The position numbers were made by a program, and so were the translations under genes. This document shows, piece by piece, positions 28,562 through 42,081 of a DNA stretch of 64,000 nucleotides. Source of the stretch: Eledone cirrhosa (Eukaryota); NCBI GenBank assembly GCA_964016885.1, contig OZ024742.1, positions 181,784,001 through 181,848,000 of the forward strand, given 5' to 3'. Within the stretch, counting starts at the first letter, position 1. Every line of letters starts with the position of its first letter. Under the pieces are notes generated by a model. It had not been told where the DNA came from, did not search any database, and saw nothing but the letters and a program-made list of their open reading frames with translations.

Positions 28562-29480
28562 TCTATTATATAAATGTGAAATGGGTGAAAATTGTCTGAG
28601 TTGTGTCATGAAAATTTACACATTAATGTAAAAGGTGCCGAGGAAGTGACAGGTCTACTTGAGGTTCTCTAAATTGAAAAATATGGTCTCTAGGGAAAAA
28701 AAACGGTCTTTTTCTATCGATTTTACCTCCCTATAGTTTGTTAGCTTTATTCTCTCCGTCGCTCTTCCCTCTCTCTATAATAGATCATTCCACCTCTCTA
28801 TAATTTAACTGCTATACTCTCTCTGTCGCTCTTCACTCCCTATATGATAACACTGCAGAGAGAGATAGGCCGTTAGACAGAGAGAGATACAATTAAAGTG
28901 TTAGATATTCAGAGAGAGAGAGAGAGAGAGAGGGGGCGGGCAGCAAACTTTAGTTAACGTTCAGTAACGTGTTATATATCTTTGATCTGTCGTCGCTCAC
29001 ATAGCACACACGCACTCACACACATACACACGATACTTATATAAAGATACTTATATATCATGTCTACGTATGTATGTATCCTACACACCTCCCTATACTA
29101 TTTAACCTAAAATACTTTTATATCCATCTTTTAGTGAAGCATTTCCAATTCATTATACGTAAACAATGACATTGATTTTTCGCTTTTAGCTTAGCATTTT
29201 ACATTCAATGCCTCCCTTTTTTAATGCAAATTTTTATTGAAACGTTGTGCTGGCTAATATGATACATGGACCCTGTGGTGCCCTTAACAGCCAAAATTCA
29301 TGCATGGAGGGGAACAAGTGCACCAAACACTACTCCAGAGCCTTCACCAGGGAAACTTGCACTGGGGTTGACGGCTACCCCATCTACCGACAGCGTGCTC
29401 CCGATTTTGGCGGCCTTTCGGCTAGGATTAAGAAGAAAGGGAAAGAATACGACATTGACAACAGCTGGGTGGTGCCTGGG
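28562..29480 (+). mobile_element. Helitron 5' part with RepHel fragment
   Basis: Starts A|TCtattatataaatg. ORF 29247-29486 reads MIHGPCG..N....CM....CTKHY.RAF...T....GYPIYRQR...DIDNSWVVP, the conserved Helitron segment after the Rep motifs. Confidence 0.85.
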
Positions 29481-29481
29481 T

Positions 29482-30602
29482 GGTGATGACGGTCTTTTGA
29501 CGATGACAAAGTGCGGCCCACGCGCTTGCGACAGGTTCTGAAAAGAACTCACTGCCTTCTTTAAAGGATTCAACCTCTCCAAACAGGTTGACGCCAACCT
29601 CTCGGTCGTTAATTACCTCGACGTCACCCTCAATTTGTCGAATGGCTTGCACTACCCGTATAGAAAGCCGAATGATACGCTTAATTACATAAGTAAGCAT
29701 TCTAACTATCCTGCCAGCATAACCAAGAACCTGGTAAGAAACGTTTCTTTGAGGTTTTCCCGTCTATCAACAAAAGAGCATATTTTCACCGACCATTCCC
29801 TGTATTACAATGAAGCTCTTGCTCGGAGTGGATTTGTCGATAAGGTAGCATATACCGAGTATGAGCATGACCTAGGAAAAATAGATCCCGACTCATTATA
29901 TGGTATAACACATCATATAATATGAAGGTGACCACATCATTAGCTAAGATCTTTCTCTCCCTTATTATGAAGCTTCCCCCCCCCCCAGCACATAAATATA
30001 ATAACATTTTAGTTAAGGCTAGATTATATAACGGAAATAAAAGACCATGTGACCTCTGCGCCGCTGAAACCCTGGAAATACTCTACGCCAATGACCACAT
30101 CTTAAACAAAACATCTGAGGCATTTTCGGCTTGTAAACATAAATTGCATAAAAGTTTCCTGTATTACAGCCCCACATTTTACCCTAACGGATAGTACGAA
30201 CTATACGCGGATAATTTACGTCTTGATGTGGTAGCTAATTATATTTTATATTTATACCATTACTTATTTGTATAGGTAAGTATATATTACCTGTATGTTT
30301 TGTGAAGGTTCGTATACTTTCTCGTACTTATATTTGCTTGTACTTGTTATAGGCGTATATATTATATAATATATACTGGTACATGTGTATATGGTTATGT
30401 GTATACGGGAGTTTGGGGTTTGTGTGTGTATGTGGGTTTGCACGTATGTAGGGTGTGTGTATATGTGTACTTTGTGTTTTGGTTGACGTAATTTTAGCGA
30501 ACATATGTGTATTTACTTGTAGCTTCGTATGTGCGCGCGTTATATACGTAATTATGTGTGTATATTTATATACGTTTATATAATTATATGTATACACGCA
30601 CG

Positions 30603-30639
<37 letters not shown>

Positions 30640-31625
30640 TTTATATATATTTTTATGTGTATTTGGTGTCTACGTTCGTATGTGCGCGGGTCCAGGCATT
30701 ACGTGGGTTTTTGTATGTGCACGAGTGTTTTTGTGTACGTGCTTGTATTTCCATACCCATGGCGGGTGTCTTCGCGTATGCATGTGTATGTACCTATATG
30801 GAAGCGTGCATGTATATATTCATTATTGTTGATTTCAATAACCTCTGTAATTTATTTACATTATTTTTAACTCTTGCCAGTCTGAGTTGAAATCCCGCCG
30901 AGGTTAACTTTGCCTTTCATCCTTACGGGGTCGATAAAATAAAGTACCAGTAATGCACTGGGTAATTGCTGGCCTTGTGCCAAAAGTAGAAACAATTATT
31001 TTTAACTCTGAAGCCAAGAATCATTCGGTTTCCTAAATAGAACTTTAGTCTACGACTTCATTTATACTATAATCGTGGTTTTGTCTTTGCGTGTAATTGT
31101 TCTCCACCCACATAATGACGTATTATCTTCGTTTTTTCCATTGATTGCCAGGGAACGTCTCCACGAACCATTTAAATAGAATATTAGTCTACGACTTCAT
31201 TTATACCATAAACGTGGTCTTGTCTTTACGTGCAATTGTTCTCACCGCTCCAAATAATTGTTTCTACGTTAGGCACAAGGCCAGCATTTAACCAGTGTAT
31301 AACTGGTACTTTATTCTCACCGCTCCAAATAATGACGTATTATCTTCGTTTCTTTCCCGTTCTTTGCCAGGGAACGTCTCCATGAACCAGAGTATCTTCT
31401 TCCTGTCTTCCTTCAGTTGCAACTTTTTTCGAAATATTTACTTCTGCGTTCACAGATTAATTTTTTAGGTTTCAGAAGATCCCGTTAAGGGTGAAAGCAG
31501 CGATTCTTTGCTTAAACTTTAATCTGTTATTTTAATAAATATTTCCTCTACGGTTCTTATATATTTGATATATATTTATCCTTATCGAGCCCTCTTTGGA
31601 TTTTAGTCTTCAAATTTATTATTAT

Positions 31626-31630
<5 letters not shown>
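29482..31630 (+). mobile_element. 5'-truncated decayed PLE
   Basis: DDGLL...VNYLDVTLNLSNGLHYPYRKPN...SKHSNYP (RT C-terminus) and CDLCAAE. The 3' region has an HHR-like motif at ~31468-31520 and ends in (TA)n. The extent beyond ~30200 is inferred. Confidence 0.8.
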
Positions 31631-31716
<86 letters not shown>

Positions 31717-31737
31717 GTATAATAAACAATACAATAT

Positions 31738-31815
31738 AATTACCTCATTACCAGAAGTTTCCCGAATAAGACGAATACGAAAAACGTCCTCATTCCTTCG
31801 TCGACAAGGCAATTT
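31738..31815 (-). ncRNA. Degenerate hammerhead-like motif at the likely 3' end of the 33-35 kb PLE
   Basis: Minus strand: ttgccttgt-CGACGA-(gaatgaggacg...cgtcttattc)-GAAAC-ttctg-GTA-atgaggtaa. The first core box is damaged. Confidence 0.45.
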
Positions 31816-32999
31816 AAAACATAGTGAAATATTTGAAAAGTCTCATCAAGAAATGCAAGAGTTTAACGGGCAAAAAAATATATAAATAAAAGTAATGCAA
31901 GAGATATATAAAAAAATAAGGAAATATAGTTAGGGTATGTGTATAAGTATGTATATACACTCACAAATGTACATATGTGTGTATGTACAAATGCATGTGT
32001 ATGGTGAATATGTGTGCGTAAGTACATATATGAGGGCAACTATATTTGTGTATATGTAACCATAAATACGTATATAATATGAGTTGAAAAAGAAATTGTA
32101 AGATAATATAGTTAACACGCATCCAGATACAGGTATTAAATACACATACGAGTATGAAAGTACGCGTATAAACACACACACGCGCGCGGTCACTTATATG
32201 CGGAAGATAAAGAATTATGGTTGTAATTATATTTTACTTTATTATATTGCAACAGGTTATTTATATAAATAATTTTGGTTAGTATATATGTTTTTTTCAG
32301 TAGATAGATAATTTAAATATTTTTATATATATGTTTCGATAAATTTCGTGAGTTTCGATAAATTTCGTACTTACATTTTCAATATACAGTTAAGAAAAAG
32401 GAAGTAGTTCTAGTTTTATTAGAGAAGATTATTTTGTCCATTCTATAGTTCAATCAAGATAGGAATATATTTACAAAGTTTAGTAAGATAACGAAATTAT
32501 ACAGAAAATTTAATATTTAATATTTATGTAAAGTTTCGTTGTTACTTAGAAGAAATATTTAAGCGTGCTACATTATAAAGGAAAAGGTAACTCCAATATT
32601 TCTTAGTTAAAATAGTTAGGTTACATTTGTCGTTTATACTAGAATTTACTTTAAAAGAATATTCTTTAAAAGAATTAAGATATGCAAAATATATGTAGAA
32701 AAATTTTATATATTATTTTGTATATGATTTCAAAGTATCCTGTATTACATATTTTCAAAGATGAAAATTCTTTTATATATGTATTTAAATAGCATTATCT
32801 ACATCGCTGCAAATGTTAATGTCTATATAGTCAATTATGAAGAAATATTAGAGACATCCAAAGTATATACAGAAACATCATTAAAACTATCACAAGAAAG
32901 ATATTTCAAAATATCATTTAAAAAACCATTTAAAAGAGTATCATTTGAAAAATATCACTTAAAAAGAAAAACATCATCCCGTAATCACCTCAAAACACC

Positions 33000-34985
33000 A
33001 ACAAAACATAGTGAAGACATATAAGGTGTAAACAGGTGAGATATAGATAATATTTTCTATAGATTATAGATACTTCTGAATGTTTTGGATTGGCGATGTC
33101 TGCAGGAACTGAATAATGCTTTTTTTTTTCAATATAGTTTTGGCTGGTAAGTATATGAAAAGTTTCCTCAATACACAAATGACAAATTCTTGAGAGAGCC
33201 ATATTTCGGTATGCGGGCGCTTTCGAAATCGTTTAATAGTCAATATTATTGTCTTTTAAGTACCAAATTAGACGTGAAAGTGATGTTGAAAATGTTTTGT
33301 CTGATCTATTAAATGTATGTTTGTGATTATACCAGCGTTCCTAAAATTTTGTAGAAGTGGATCCTATATAGTTATATATTTTATCTCTAATTTTTACTCT
33401 GTATTTATATACTAAGGTTTTATCTAGACAATTATTCTGTAAAGGGCAATTTAATTCGTTTCTACAGTTACATTTTGCAGAGTTGTTGTCAATAGGAAAG
33501 GTACGATTATTATTAGCATTAATATTATTATTAGTAATATTAATATTGTTATTTTGGTTTATTTGGTTTGGGTTTAAATTTAAGTTTCTATTATTAATTC
33601 TATTAATATTTTGTGCTATGTTCATAGTAGTAGAGTAAGATAGTTTTATAGTATGTCTGTTAAAAATAGAATGGTATCTATGGGATTTAGGAAAACATTT
33701 ATCTAATGCTTTGAAAAATAGGTTTGCTACATGTGTTTTAACTCGTAATGAGAATGGGGGAGAGTACCAAATAATATTTCTAGTTCTAGTCCTTTTGTTT
33801 GATTGACTAATTATGTTAAATTGCTTATTGTTATTATTATAATAAATTTTAGGATGAAATTTCATGTTACTGTTATCTAAGTTTTTAATTTTATTCATGT
33901 AGCCAGCTCTATGTAGAGCATCATTGTAATATTCTGCCTTATTTTCAAAGATATTTTTATTAGCTGAAATGCGTGAAATTCGTTGTTGGACACTATTGAC
34001 AATAGTATTTTTTACATTTCTAGGATGGTTAGAATTGAAGCTTACATAGTTTAGGTTTTCATTAATCTCATGGAAAGGGCAATATAGACCTTAGCTAAGT
34101 GACATCTAAGAAGTTAACAGTGTTATTATTATTCTCAATTTCTAATTTAAGGCTGTAATTATTGAAAAATTCAATGATACTTTTCTTTTTCCTATTAAGT
34201 TCGCTATTGCTATGATTGTCGACTATAAGTAATATATCGTCGCGATATAAACCTCCGGCCATCTCTGGCATTTTTCTATGTAGAATAAATATTCCAACGA
34301 GGTCTGTTACTTGGGCTGAGTGAGATGATCCCATTGTGATATCGAAATTGTTCTGTCTATCAGCCCTTGTCCAGAGATGGTTATTAAATTCAATTAGGGT
34401 TTTACGTGCGGTTAAAATGATATTTATTTCTTCACTAGATAAGTCAGTATATTTTGAAGCATAAATAAGTGCCTTATTAAGTAAGTTAGGGGTAACTGAG
34501 GAGTAGTAATTAGCAATATCCATTTGTATAAATTTTTTCTTATGTTTTAATTTAATGTCTGCAAACCAATCTATTACTTCATTAGTACCGTTCCATAGTT
34601 TAAGGTGTGATTTTTGCTTAAGTGCTGGTATAATCCTATCTAGTATATGTTTGCTAATTATGCCTAAATCAGACTTAGATGGTGCAATAAGTCTGACTGG
34701 TAGTTCTACTTCGAAATTTCTTTTGTGGTCCTTCATATTTATCTTCGGTTTCCTTGGTATGAAAGGTTCAGTCTTATTTTGGATACCTAATTTTTATATG
34801 ATTTCCGAAGCTTCTTTATTAAGGGTTTCATTAGAGGTTTTTTTTATAGTTCTTCCTAAATTCTTTCAATATTAAATTATTATAATCATCCTTTTCTATC
34901 CCGTATAAATTATTAGTTTTGTCAGATTTTACAAGAATCTTCTTTGTTTTTTTCAGGTTGTCTAGTTTGTTTTTGAGGAACCAAT
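33000..34985 (-). pseudogene. Decayed PLE ORF (RT + GIY-YIG), related to 38313-40715
   Basis: Frameshifted ORFs 34831-35019 (KSDKTNNLYGI), 34095-34736 (ELPVRLIAPSKSDLG, LYRDDIL), 33341-33898 (IIWYSPPFS, CNCRNELNCPL, YIGSTST) and 32990-33202 (CHLCIEE). Confidence 0.92.
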
Positions 34986-35202
34986 ATATAGGCCAGGAAT
35001 ATGTGGGTAAGATGTGCACTTCGCAACATTGTGGTTCTGGGTTCAGTCCTGCTGTGCACTATCTTCACCATGGGCATATGTCTTCTGCTATAATCTCGGG
35101 TTGACCGATACAGTCCGAGTTAATTTGTTAGATGGAAACTGCAGAAAATCATCCTATACGCATGCGTACACACACATATGTATAGGAATATTGTATATAC
35201 AA

Positions 35203-35304
<102 letters not shown>

Positions 35305-35353
35305 ATCCAGAATTGAGCCGGGGTTAACCACAATGAATATATATATTTACACT

Positions 35354-35390
<37 letters not shown>

Positions 35391-35843
35391 GGGGTGGGGG
35401 CTATGTTTAAGTACGGTAACTTCGAAGTTCTACAAAACTGGGATCGATAAACTAAGGACCAAAATTGCAAAGATGAGGACTAGGCTCGATGTTATCTACT
35501 AAATCAAGGCTGTGCTCAGGCATGGCCACAGTCTAATGACTGAAACTAGACAAAAGAAACCTGGTGCCGTGTGCGACTAATCCAGGCTCTGCTGCACTTC
35601 AGGCCGAGAATGGTCAATTCTCCAAATATCGGTCGTTCTCCATGAGGTTTCCGGTCGAGCCCGAAGTCGTGGAGACTTCTGGTGTTCTTGGCCCTAGGAC
35701 CACCTCCCTACTCACCACATCGGCACAGAGCTGGCTATCCGCTAGCTAGAGCATCATCAGCTGAAATGTCTAGTCCAACGCGTCTCCCTCTCCATCCTCC
35801 AGAGAAACACCTTCTCTATTCTGTCCGCCGGGACCGTCGGGTG

Positions 35844-36796
35844 CCCATTTGCTTATAATAGTGAGAGCGTGGGTTGCCATTTGCTTATAATAGTGAGAGC
35901 ATGGGCTGCCATTTGCTTATACTAGTGACAGCGTGGGCTGCCATTTGCTTATAATAGTGAGAGCGTGGGCTGCCATTTGCTTATAATAGTGAGAGCATGG
36001 GCTGCCATTTGCTTATAATAGTGAGAGCGTGGGCTGCCATTTGCTTATACTAGTGACAGCGTGGGCTGCCATTTGCTTATAATAGTGAGAGCGTGGGCTG
36101 CCATTTGCTTATAATAGTGAGAGCGTGGGCTGCCATTTGCTTATAATAGTGAGAGCGTGGGCTGCCATTTGCTTATAATAGTGAGAGCATGGGCTGCCAT
36201 TTGCTTATAATAGTGAGAGCATGGGCTGCCATTTGCTTATAATAGTGAGAGCGTGGGCTGCCATTTGCTTATACTAGTGACAGCGTGGGCTGCCATTTGC
36301 TTATACTAGTGACAGCGTGGGCTGCCATTTGCTTATAATAGTGAGAGCGTGGGCTGCCATTTGCTTATAATAGTGAGAGCGTGGGCTGCCATTTGCTTAT
36401 ACTAGTGACAGCGTGGGCTGCCATTTGCTTATAATAGTGAGAGCGTGGGCTGCCATTTGCTTATAATAGTGAGAGCGTGGGCTGCCATTTGCTTATACTA
36501 GTGACAGCGTGGGCTGCCATTTGCTTATACTAGTGAGAGCGTGGGCTGCCATTTGCTTATAATAGTGAGAGCGTGGGCTGCCATTTGCTTATAATAGTGA
36601 GAGCGTGGGCTGCCATTTGCTTATAATAGTGAGAGCGTGGGCTGCCATTTGCTTATAATAGTGAGAGCGTGGGCTGCCATTTGCTTATAATAGAGAGAGC
36701 GTGGGCTGCCATTTGCTTATAATAGTGAGAGCATGGGCTGCCATTTGCTTATAATAGAGAGAGCGTGGGCTGCCATTTGCTTATAATAGTGAGAGA
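35844..36796. repeat. 32-bp minisatellite, ~30 copies
   Basis: Unit gctgccatttgcttataatagtgagagcgtgg, with recurrent variants (atactagtgacag; gagcatgg; tagagagag) and no spacers. Confidence 0.97.
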
Positions 36797-37631
36797 TGGA
36801 GAGAGCGAGAGAGACGGAGACACTGAGTGAAAGAGAGAAAATATCAATGCACACACACACACACGCATTTGATAAGACTAAATATTGTGAGAAAAGGGGT
36901 GAAGACTGAGAGAAGCATGAAGGGGTGTGGAAGAAGGGAACAGAATGTTATGGTGGAGAGGTAGGGGAGAAGGAGAACAAAAAGGGAAGGTGGCGAAGTA
37001 TTAGGTTGACTGTTTGGGAAGTAACGGAAAGGTGGTTAGGGGAAGTGGAGAAGAAGGTAGAGGGGAGGGAAGACGAGAGCTGAGGAGGGAAGGATGAGCT
37101 GCAGAGAAGACAGGTGAGAGTGGGAGGGGGAAGTGTGAGGGAAGTGGGAGGAGGAGAGGGGGGTGAGTAGAGGGAAGAAGAGCTGGGGGTAGAGCAGAAT
37201 TAAGAATTAGAAGGAGGAAGAAGTGAGAGTGAAACGCGAGCGAAAGGTGTGGTGGGAGGTAAGGGATGACTAGAAGTGAGAGTGACAGGGGAATTAGCGT
37301 TAGTCGGTGGGGAGGAACTAGATTGTTATAAACAATAGGTGAACACCGGTCTTATTAAATAAGAATGTGTAAACAATGAAAAATAAATAACAGGAACAAT
37401 TAAAAGTAAGCATCATAGAAAATAAATAGTAACAATAGCAATATTGATAAACAATAAACATTTACAATAAACACGAAACAATAAGGAATATTAATATATA
37501 TTTTATAGGACAAACAATAGGCAATTACAAATAAACAAAAAATAAACAAAAAAACAAAAAAACAACAGATAATTATATATATATATATATAAATAGAATA
37601 TACATATACTATATAAATATATGTTTATATG

Positions 37632-37671
<40 letters not shown>

Positions 37672-38039
37672 GGAGGTGAGTTTTATTGTAGTACAATAAA
37701 GCAATGCAGATATCGGATAAGAAGCACTCTACAGTTTGTGGGACTGGAGTATGCATAATATAAGATCAAAAGATGGTTTTAATTTATACAGTATCTTCCA
37801 ACGGCTTTCAACCCCTCTATATAAAATATATCTCCTCTCTGTTATAAAAACTATCTCTTTCTCTCTATCACCCATCTCTCCCTCTCATCTCCTTCCCTTT
37901 TCATCCTTTTCTCTCCCCCCCTCTCTAAATAAAATATTTTTCCCAATATCACACATCAATCTAAAACCACTTTTCATATGTTGATTTAAAACTGCACTAT
38001 CAACAAGTGTTTTTTTAGCCTTCATATCATGTTCTCCTG

Positions 38040-38106
38040 TTTTATCTGATGAAAACACAAATATTATTGTTTGATGATGTTTGTTTTTGAAATGCGCATA
38101 ATAAAA
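38040..38106 (+). ncRNA. Type I hammerhead ribozyme in the 5' pLTR
   Basis: ttttat-CTGATGA-(long stem II aaacacaaatattatt/gatgatgtttgtttt)-GAAA-tgcgca-TA-ataaaa. Stem I is ttttat/ataaaa and stem-loop III is palindromic. Confidence 0.85.
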
Positions 38107-38312
38107 TATATTGAACTCCTTTAACCATCTTTTGATCTTATATTATGCATACTCCAGTCCCACAAACTGTAGAGTGCTTCTTATCCGATATCTGCATTGC
38201 TTTATTGTACTACAATAAAACTCACCTCCTACATTTACTTGCTCCTTAACGGTTGAGCGCTTACTCTCATATTGGATACCTTTTGATGGTCCTTCACCTC
38301 TTCTTCTACAAC

Positions 38313-40715
38313 ATGGATTATTACAACATAACCAATTCTACTAAAGACATTCCTATACCTGGTAAATCTGAATTCACCAAACTTCTTATTGAAAAAACTG
38401 ACTCCTTCGTAAGAAGACTTAGATGGACAGCCTATTTCTATGACCAGCGCCTAAAAGGGAACTTTCATACCAAAGAACACAACTTCCTCGATCATCTTTT
38501 TAATTCCAGACGAAATCCTCCTTCCAACAAAAATCTAGCACAATTCGAGGAAGAATTAACTAAAATTATAAAAAATCTTAAATTCAAGAGATACCCTTAC
38601 AAAGGACAAGAGCACCTTGTAAATCTCAAGAACACAATCTCTAACCTAAATTCCTCAAAAAATGTTTTAGTCCACTCTGACAAAACCAATAACCTATATG
38701 GTATTTCCAAGGATAATTATAACAACCTTATCCTAAAGGAACTTAGGAAAAAGTATCGTAAAACCAACCATGAAAATTTAGAATGCATAAACCTTGAAGC
38801 CTATGAGATTATGTCAAAACTTGGCATTGAAAAAAAGACCGAACCATTCCTCCCAAGAACTCCGAGGATAAATCTCAAGGATCACAAAAACAATTTTCGC
38901 ACTGAACTACCTGTTAGATTAATCGCCCCCTCTAAATCTGATCTGGGGGTTGTTAGTAAAGCCATCTTGGATAGGATTATCCCACAGGTTAGTTCTAATT
39001 GCTCTTCTTTAAACCTAAATTTATGGTTTGGTACTTCTGAAGTGATTGGCTGGTTCAACAAATTGGATAATAAAAACAAACTAAAATTTATTCAATTCGA
39101 TATTGCCAGCTACTATTCCTCCATTTCGCCTTCACTTCTCAATAATGCTCTATCTTTCGCACTTAAATATTCTGACATCACCACAGATGAACTTCACATC
39201 ATCCTCACCGCACGTAAAACCATCCTAGAGTTCAACAACGAATATTGGACCAGAGCCGATACCTCTAACAACTTCGACATCACAATGGGAGCATCCGATT
39301 CATCCCAATTGACTGATTTAATTGGTATCTTCATTTTGAACTCTTTGAGTCGGAAAATTCCTCAACTTCGCGGTGGAATTTATCGTGACGATGGACTCTT
39401 TACTATCCTAAATTGCAATATAGTTAAACTTAATATTATTAAGAACAATATACGTAATCTCTTTAACCAACATAACCTAAAAATTGAATTTGATAATAGT
39501 ACCAAACTAGCTAATTTCTTGGATGTATCTCTTAATCTTGACACTGGCCTATATTACCCTTACCATAAAAACAATGAGAATCTTAATTATGTTAACTTTA
39601 AATCTAACCATCCTACCAATATCAAGAATGCTATAGTTAATAATATTGGAAATAGAATATCTAACATATCTTCTAATAAAAACATCTTTGATGCTAACGC
39701 CAATTACTATAATAACGCACTTTCTAAAGCTGGCTATCCAGATAAAATCAAATATAATAAAGAAACAAATTCTAGGAAAACTTACAGTAGAATATTTAAT
39801 CATAACCATTCCAATAATTTTAATAAAAGACCTAGATACAAAAACATAATCTGGTATAATGCTCCTTTCTCCATCTCTATTAATAACAATATTCCTAAAT
39901 TATTTTTTAGTGCCTTAAATAAATGCTTCCCTCCCTCACATATCTATAGTAAAATATTTAACAAACACACCATTAAATTTTCGTATTCTACATCCTCCAA
40001 TATTTCCAACATCATTTCTAAACACAACAACAAAATATTAAATACTAAATCTCTTCCTTCCAATATTGAATCTCATAATAACAATAATAGTACTCCTGAC
40101 GTCATTGTAAACCCTAGGCTAACTTCTGTAAACCCAAATGCAACGTCAAACACAACTTCGCTAAATGTTCATAATCCAACTCTAAATCAAGAAACTATTA
40201 TTCCTATTATTCCTATCGCAAACAACTTCTCCAATCCAATTCCTTCTATAGATAACACTAGATCACTCATTAATAATCTCTCTAATTGCAACTGCCGCAT
40301 TAAAAATAAATGTCCTCTCAACAACCATTGCCTCGATAAAAACTTAATTTATGAATGTAAAATTATAACTAGCACCAACTCCTTCACCTATTTTGGCTCC
40401 ACTTCCACCTCTTTTAAAGCTCGTCTCTATAATCATCATTCATCTTTCAAATACAAACTTAAAAGAACTAACACTGCTCTCTCAGAACTCATATGGTCCT
40501 TAAAAGACAAAAACATTAAATATAACATCTTTTGGAAAAAGATTTCTTCTGCATCCTCGTACTTGAACAGTTCTCTATCTAAAATCTGTAATCTCTGCCT
40601 AAATGAAAAATTTACCATTATCTCTAACCTAGAATCCATAATAAATAGACGCTCGGATTTGTTTTCCATCTGCCTCCATAAATTCCATAGGACTTTTCAC
40701 AAAGTATACAGTTAA
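38313..40715 (+). CDS. PLE polyprotein: reverse transcriptase, Cys-rich linker and GIY-YIG endonuclease
   Basis: The ORF track gives 820 aa from a TTG at 38253; the likely start is the ATG at 38313 (acaacATGg). Motifs: SDKTNNLY, PVRLI, QFDIASYYSSI, ITMGASDS, IYRDDGL (RT catalytic), FLDVSL, SNHP, IIWYNAPFS, CNCR..CPL..C, LIYEC...TYFGST...FKARLYNH (GIY-YIG), CNLCLNEK. Confidence 0.95.
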   Translation: MDYYNITNSTKDIPIPGKSEFTKLLIEKTDSFVRRLRWTAYFYDQRLKGNFHTKEHNFLDHLFNSRRNPPSNKNLAQFEEELTKIIKNLKFKRYPYKGQEHLVNLKNTISNLNSSKNVLVHSDKTNNLYGISKDNYNNLILKELRKKYRKTNHENLECINLEAYEIMSKLGIEKKTEPFLPRTPRINLKDHKNNFRTELPVRLIAPSKSDLGVVSKAILDRIIPQVSSNCSSLNLNLWFGTSEVIGWFNKLDNKNKLKFIQFDIASYYSSISPSLLNNALSFALKYSDITTDELHIILTARKTILEFNNEYWTRADTSNNFDITMGASDSSQLTDLIGIFILNSLSRKIPQLRGGIYRDDGLFTILNCNIVKLNIIKNNIRNLFNQHNLKIEFDNSTKLANFLDVSLNLDTGLYYPYHKNNENLNYVNFKSNHPTNIKNAIVNNIGNRISNISSNKNIFDANANYYNNALSKAGYPDKIKYNKETNSRKTYSRIFNHNHSNNFNKRPRYKNIIWYNAPFSISINNNIPKLFFSALNKCFPPSHIYSKIFNKHTIKFSYSTSSNISNIISKHNNKILNTKSLPSNIESHNNNNSTPDVIVNPRLTSVNPNATSNTTSLNVHNPTLNQETIIPIIPIANNFSNPIPSIDNTRSLINNLSNCNCRIKNKCPLNNHCLDKNLIYECKIITSTNSFTYFGSTSTSFKARLYNHHSSFKYKLKRTNTALSELIWSLKDKNIKYNIFWKKISSASSYLNSSLSKICNLCLNEKFTIISNLESIINRRSDLFSICLHKFHRTFHKVYS

Positions 40716-41373
40716 TATTCAATTCTTTATCAATTTAGAATCTTTTCTCAAAGGCACATATACATACACCTCTTTAAAATATACCCATCTACCTTACTTT
40801 AAAGGGCATTATACACTCTATAGTACTCGTTTATTCATTTACCTCATCCTATCTTCTCGTAAAACAATAACATTTGTTTTTGACATTTTGAATATTCATC
40901 TGCAATCATTATTATTTTTTTTTTTTTTTCCCTCTATCATAAATCTTTTTAATCTCAATTTCATCCTTAATTTATTATTATATATTTTTTTTAATATATA
41001 CTCATATATTCTTTAAAATATACCCATCTACCTTACTTTAAAGGACATTATACACTCTATAATACCCGTTTACTCATCACCCTCATTATATCTCTTCGTA
41101 AAACAATAACATTTGTTTTTGACATTTTGAGTATTCATCCGCAATCATTATTATTTTTTCTCTCTATCATAAATCTTTTTAATCTCAATTTCATCCTTAA
41201 TTTATTATTATTTTTTTCTCCCCATCAACGAACTCATTATTAATACATATGAATTCAATATAAAAACTTTAACTTCACATTATTTTTCTCAAATCCTATA
41301 CATAAACATTTTCTCTTTACTAATTTTAAGATTCCTACATTTCTCCTTTTGAATATTCACCCACAATTATTAT

Positions 41374-41404
<31 letters not shown>

Positions 41405-41982
41405 CTCTCTATCTCCATACATAATCTCCCTTCGTTATTTTTTTTTTCTCTCTATCTCCATACATAATTTCCCTTCGTTAATTTTCAAATTCCTTTAATT
41501 TATACATTATCTTCCAACGGTTCCCAACCTCTCTATATTAAAACATTATATCTTTTTCTCAGTTATAAAAACTATCTCTTTCTCTCTATCACCCATCTCT
41601 CCCTTTCCACCTTCACTCTCATCTCCTCCCCTTTTTTTCATCCTTTCCACCCCCACCCCTCCCTAAATATAATATATTTTTTCCTCGCACATATCCTCCC
41701 TTCGTTAATTTTCAAAAATTTTTAATTTATACAGTATCTTCCAACGGCTTTCAACCCCTCTATATAAAATATATCTCCTCTCTGTTATAAAAACTATCTC
41801 TTTCTCTCTATCACCCATCTCTCCCTCTCATCTCCTTCCCTTTTCATCCTTTTCTCTCCCCCCCTCTCTAAATAAAATATTTTTCCCAATATCACACATC
41901 AATCTAAAACCACTTTTCATATGTTGATTTAAAACTGCACTATCAACAAGTGTTTTTTTAGCCTTCATATCATGTTCTCCTG

Positions 41983-42049
41983 TTTTATCTGATGAAAACA
42001 CAAATATTATTGTTTGATGATGTTTGTTTTTGAAATGCGCATAATAAAA
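41983..42049 (+). ncRNA. Type I hammerhead ribozyme in the 3' pLTR
   Basis: Same sequence as 38040-38106, offset by 3943 nt. Confidence 0.85.
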
Positions 42050-42081
42050 TATATTGAACTCCTTTAACCATCTTTTGATCT

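Noticed and set aside
35844-36796. CRISPR-like 32-bp repeat array
   Set aside because: The repeats are head-to-tail with no unique spacers, there are no cas genes and the context is eukaryotic. It is a minisatellite.
38253-40715. Selenoprotein-type (Naiad) PLE
   Set aside because: There is no in-frame TGA, the ORF ends in TAA, and the endonuclease is C-terminal rather than N-terminal.
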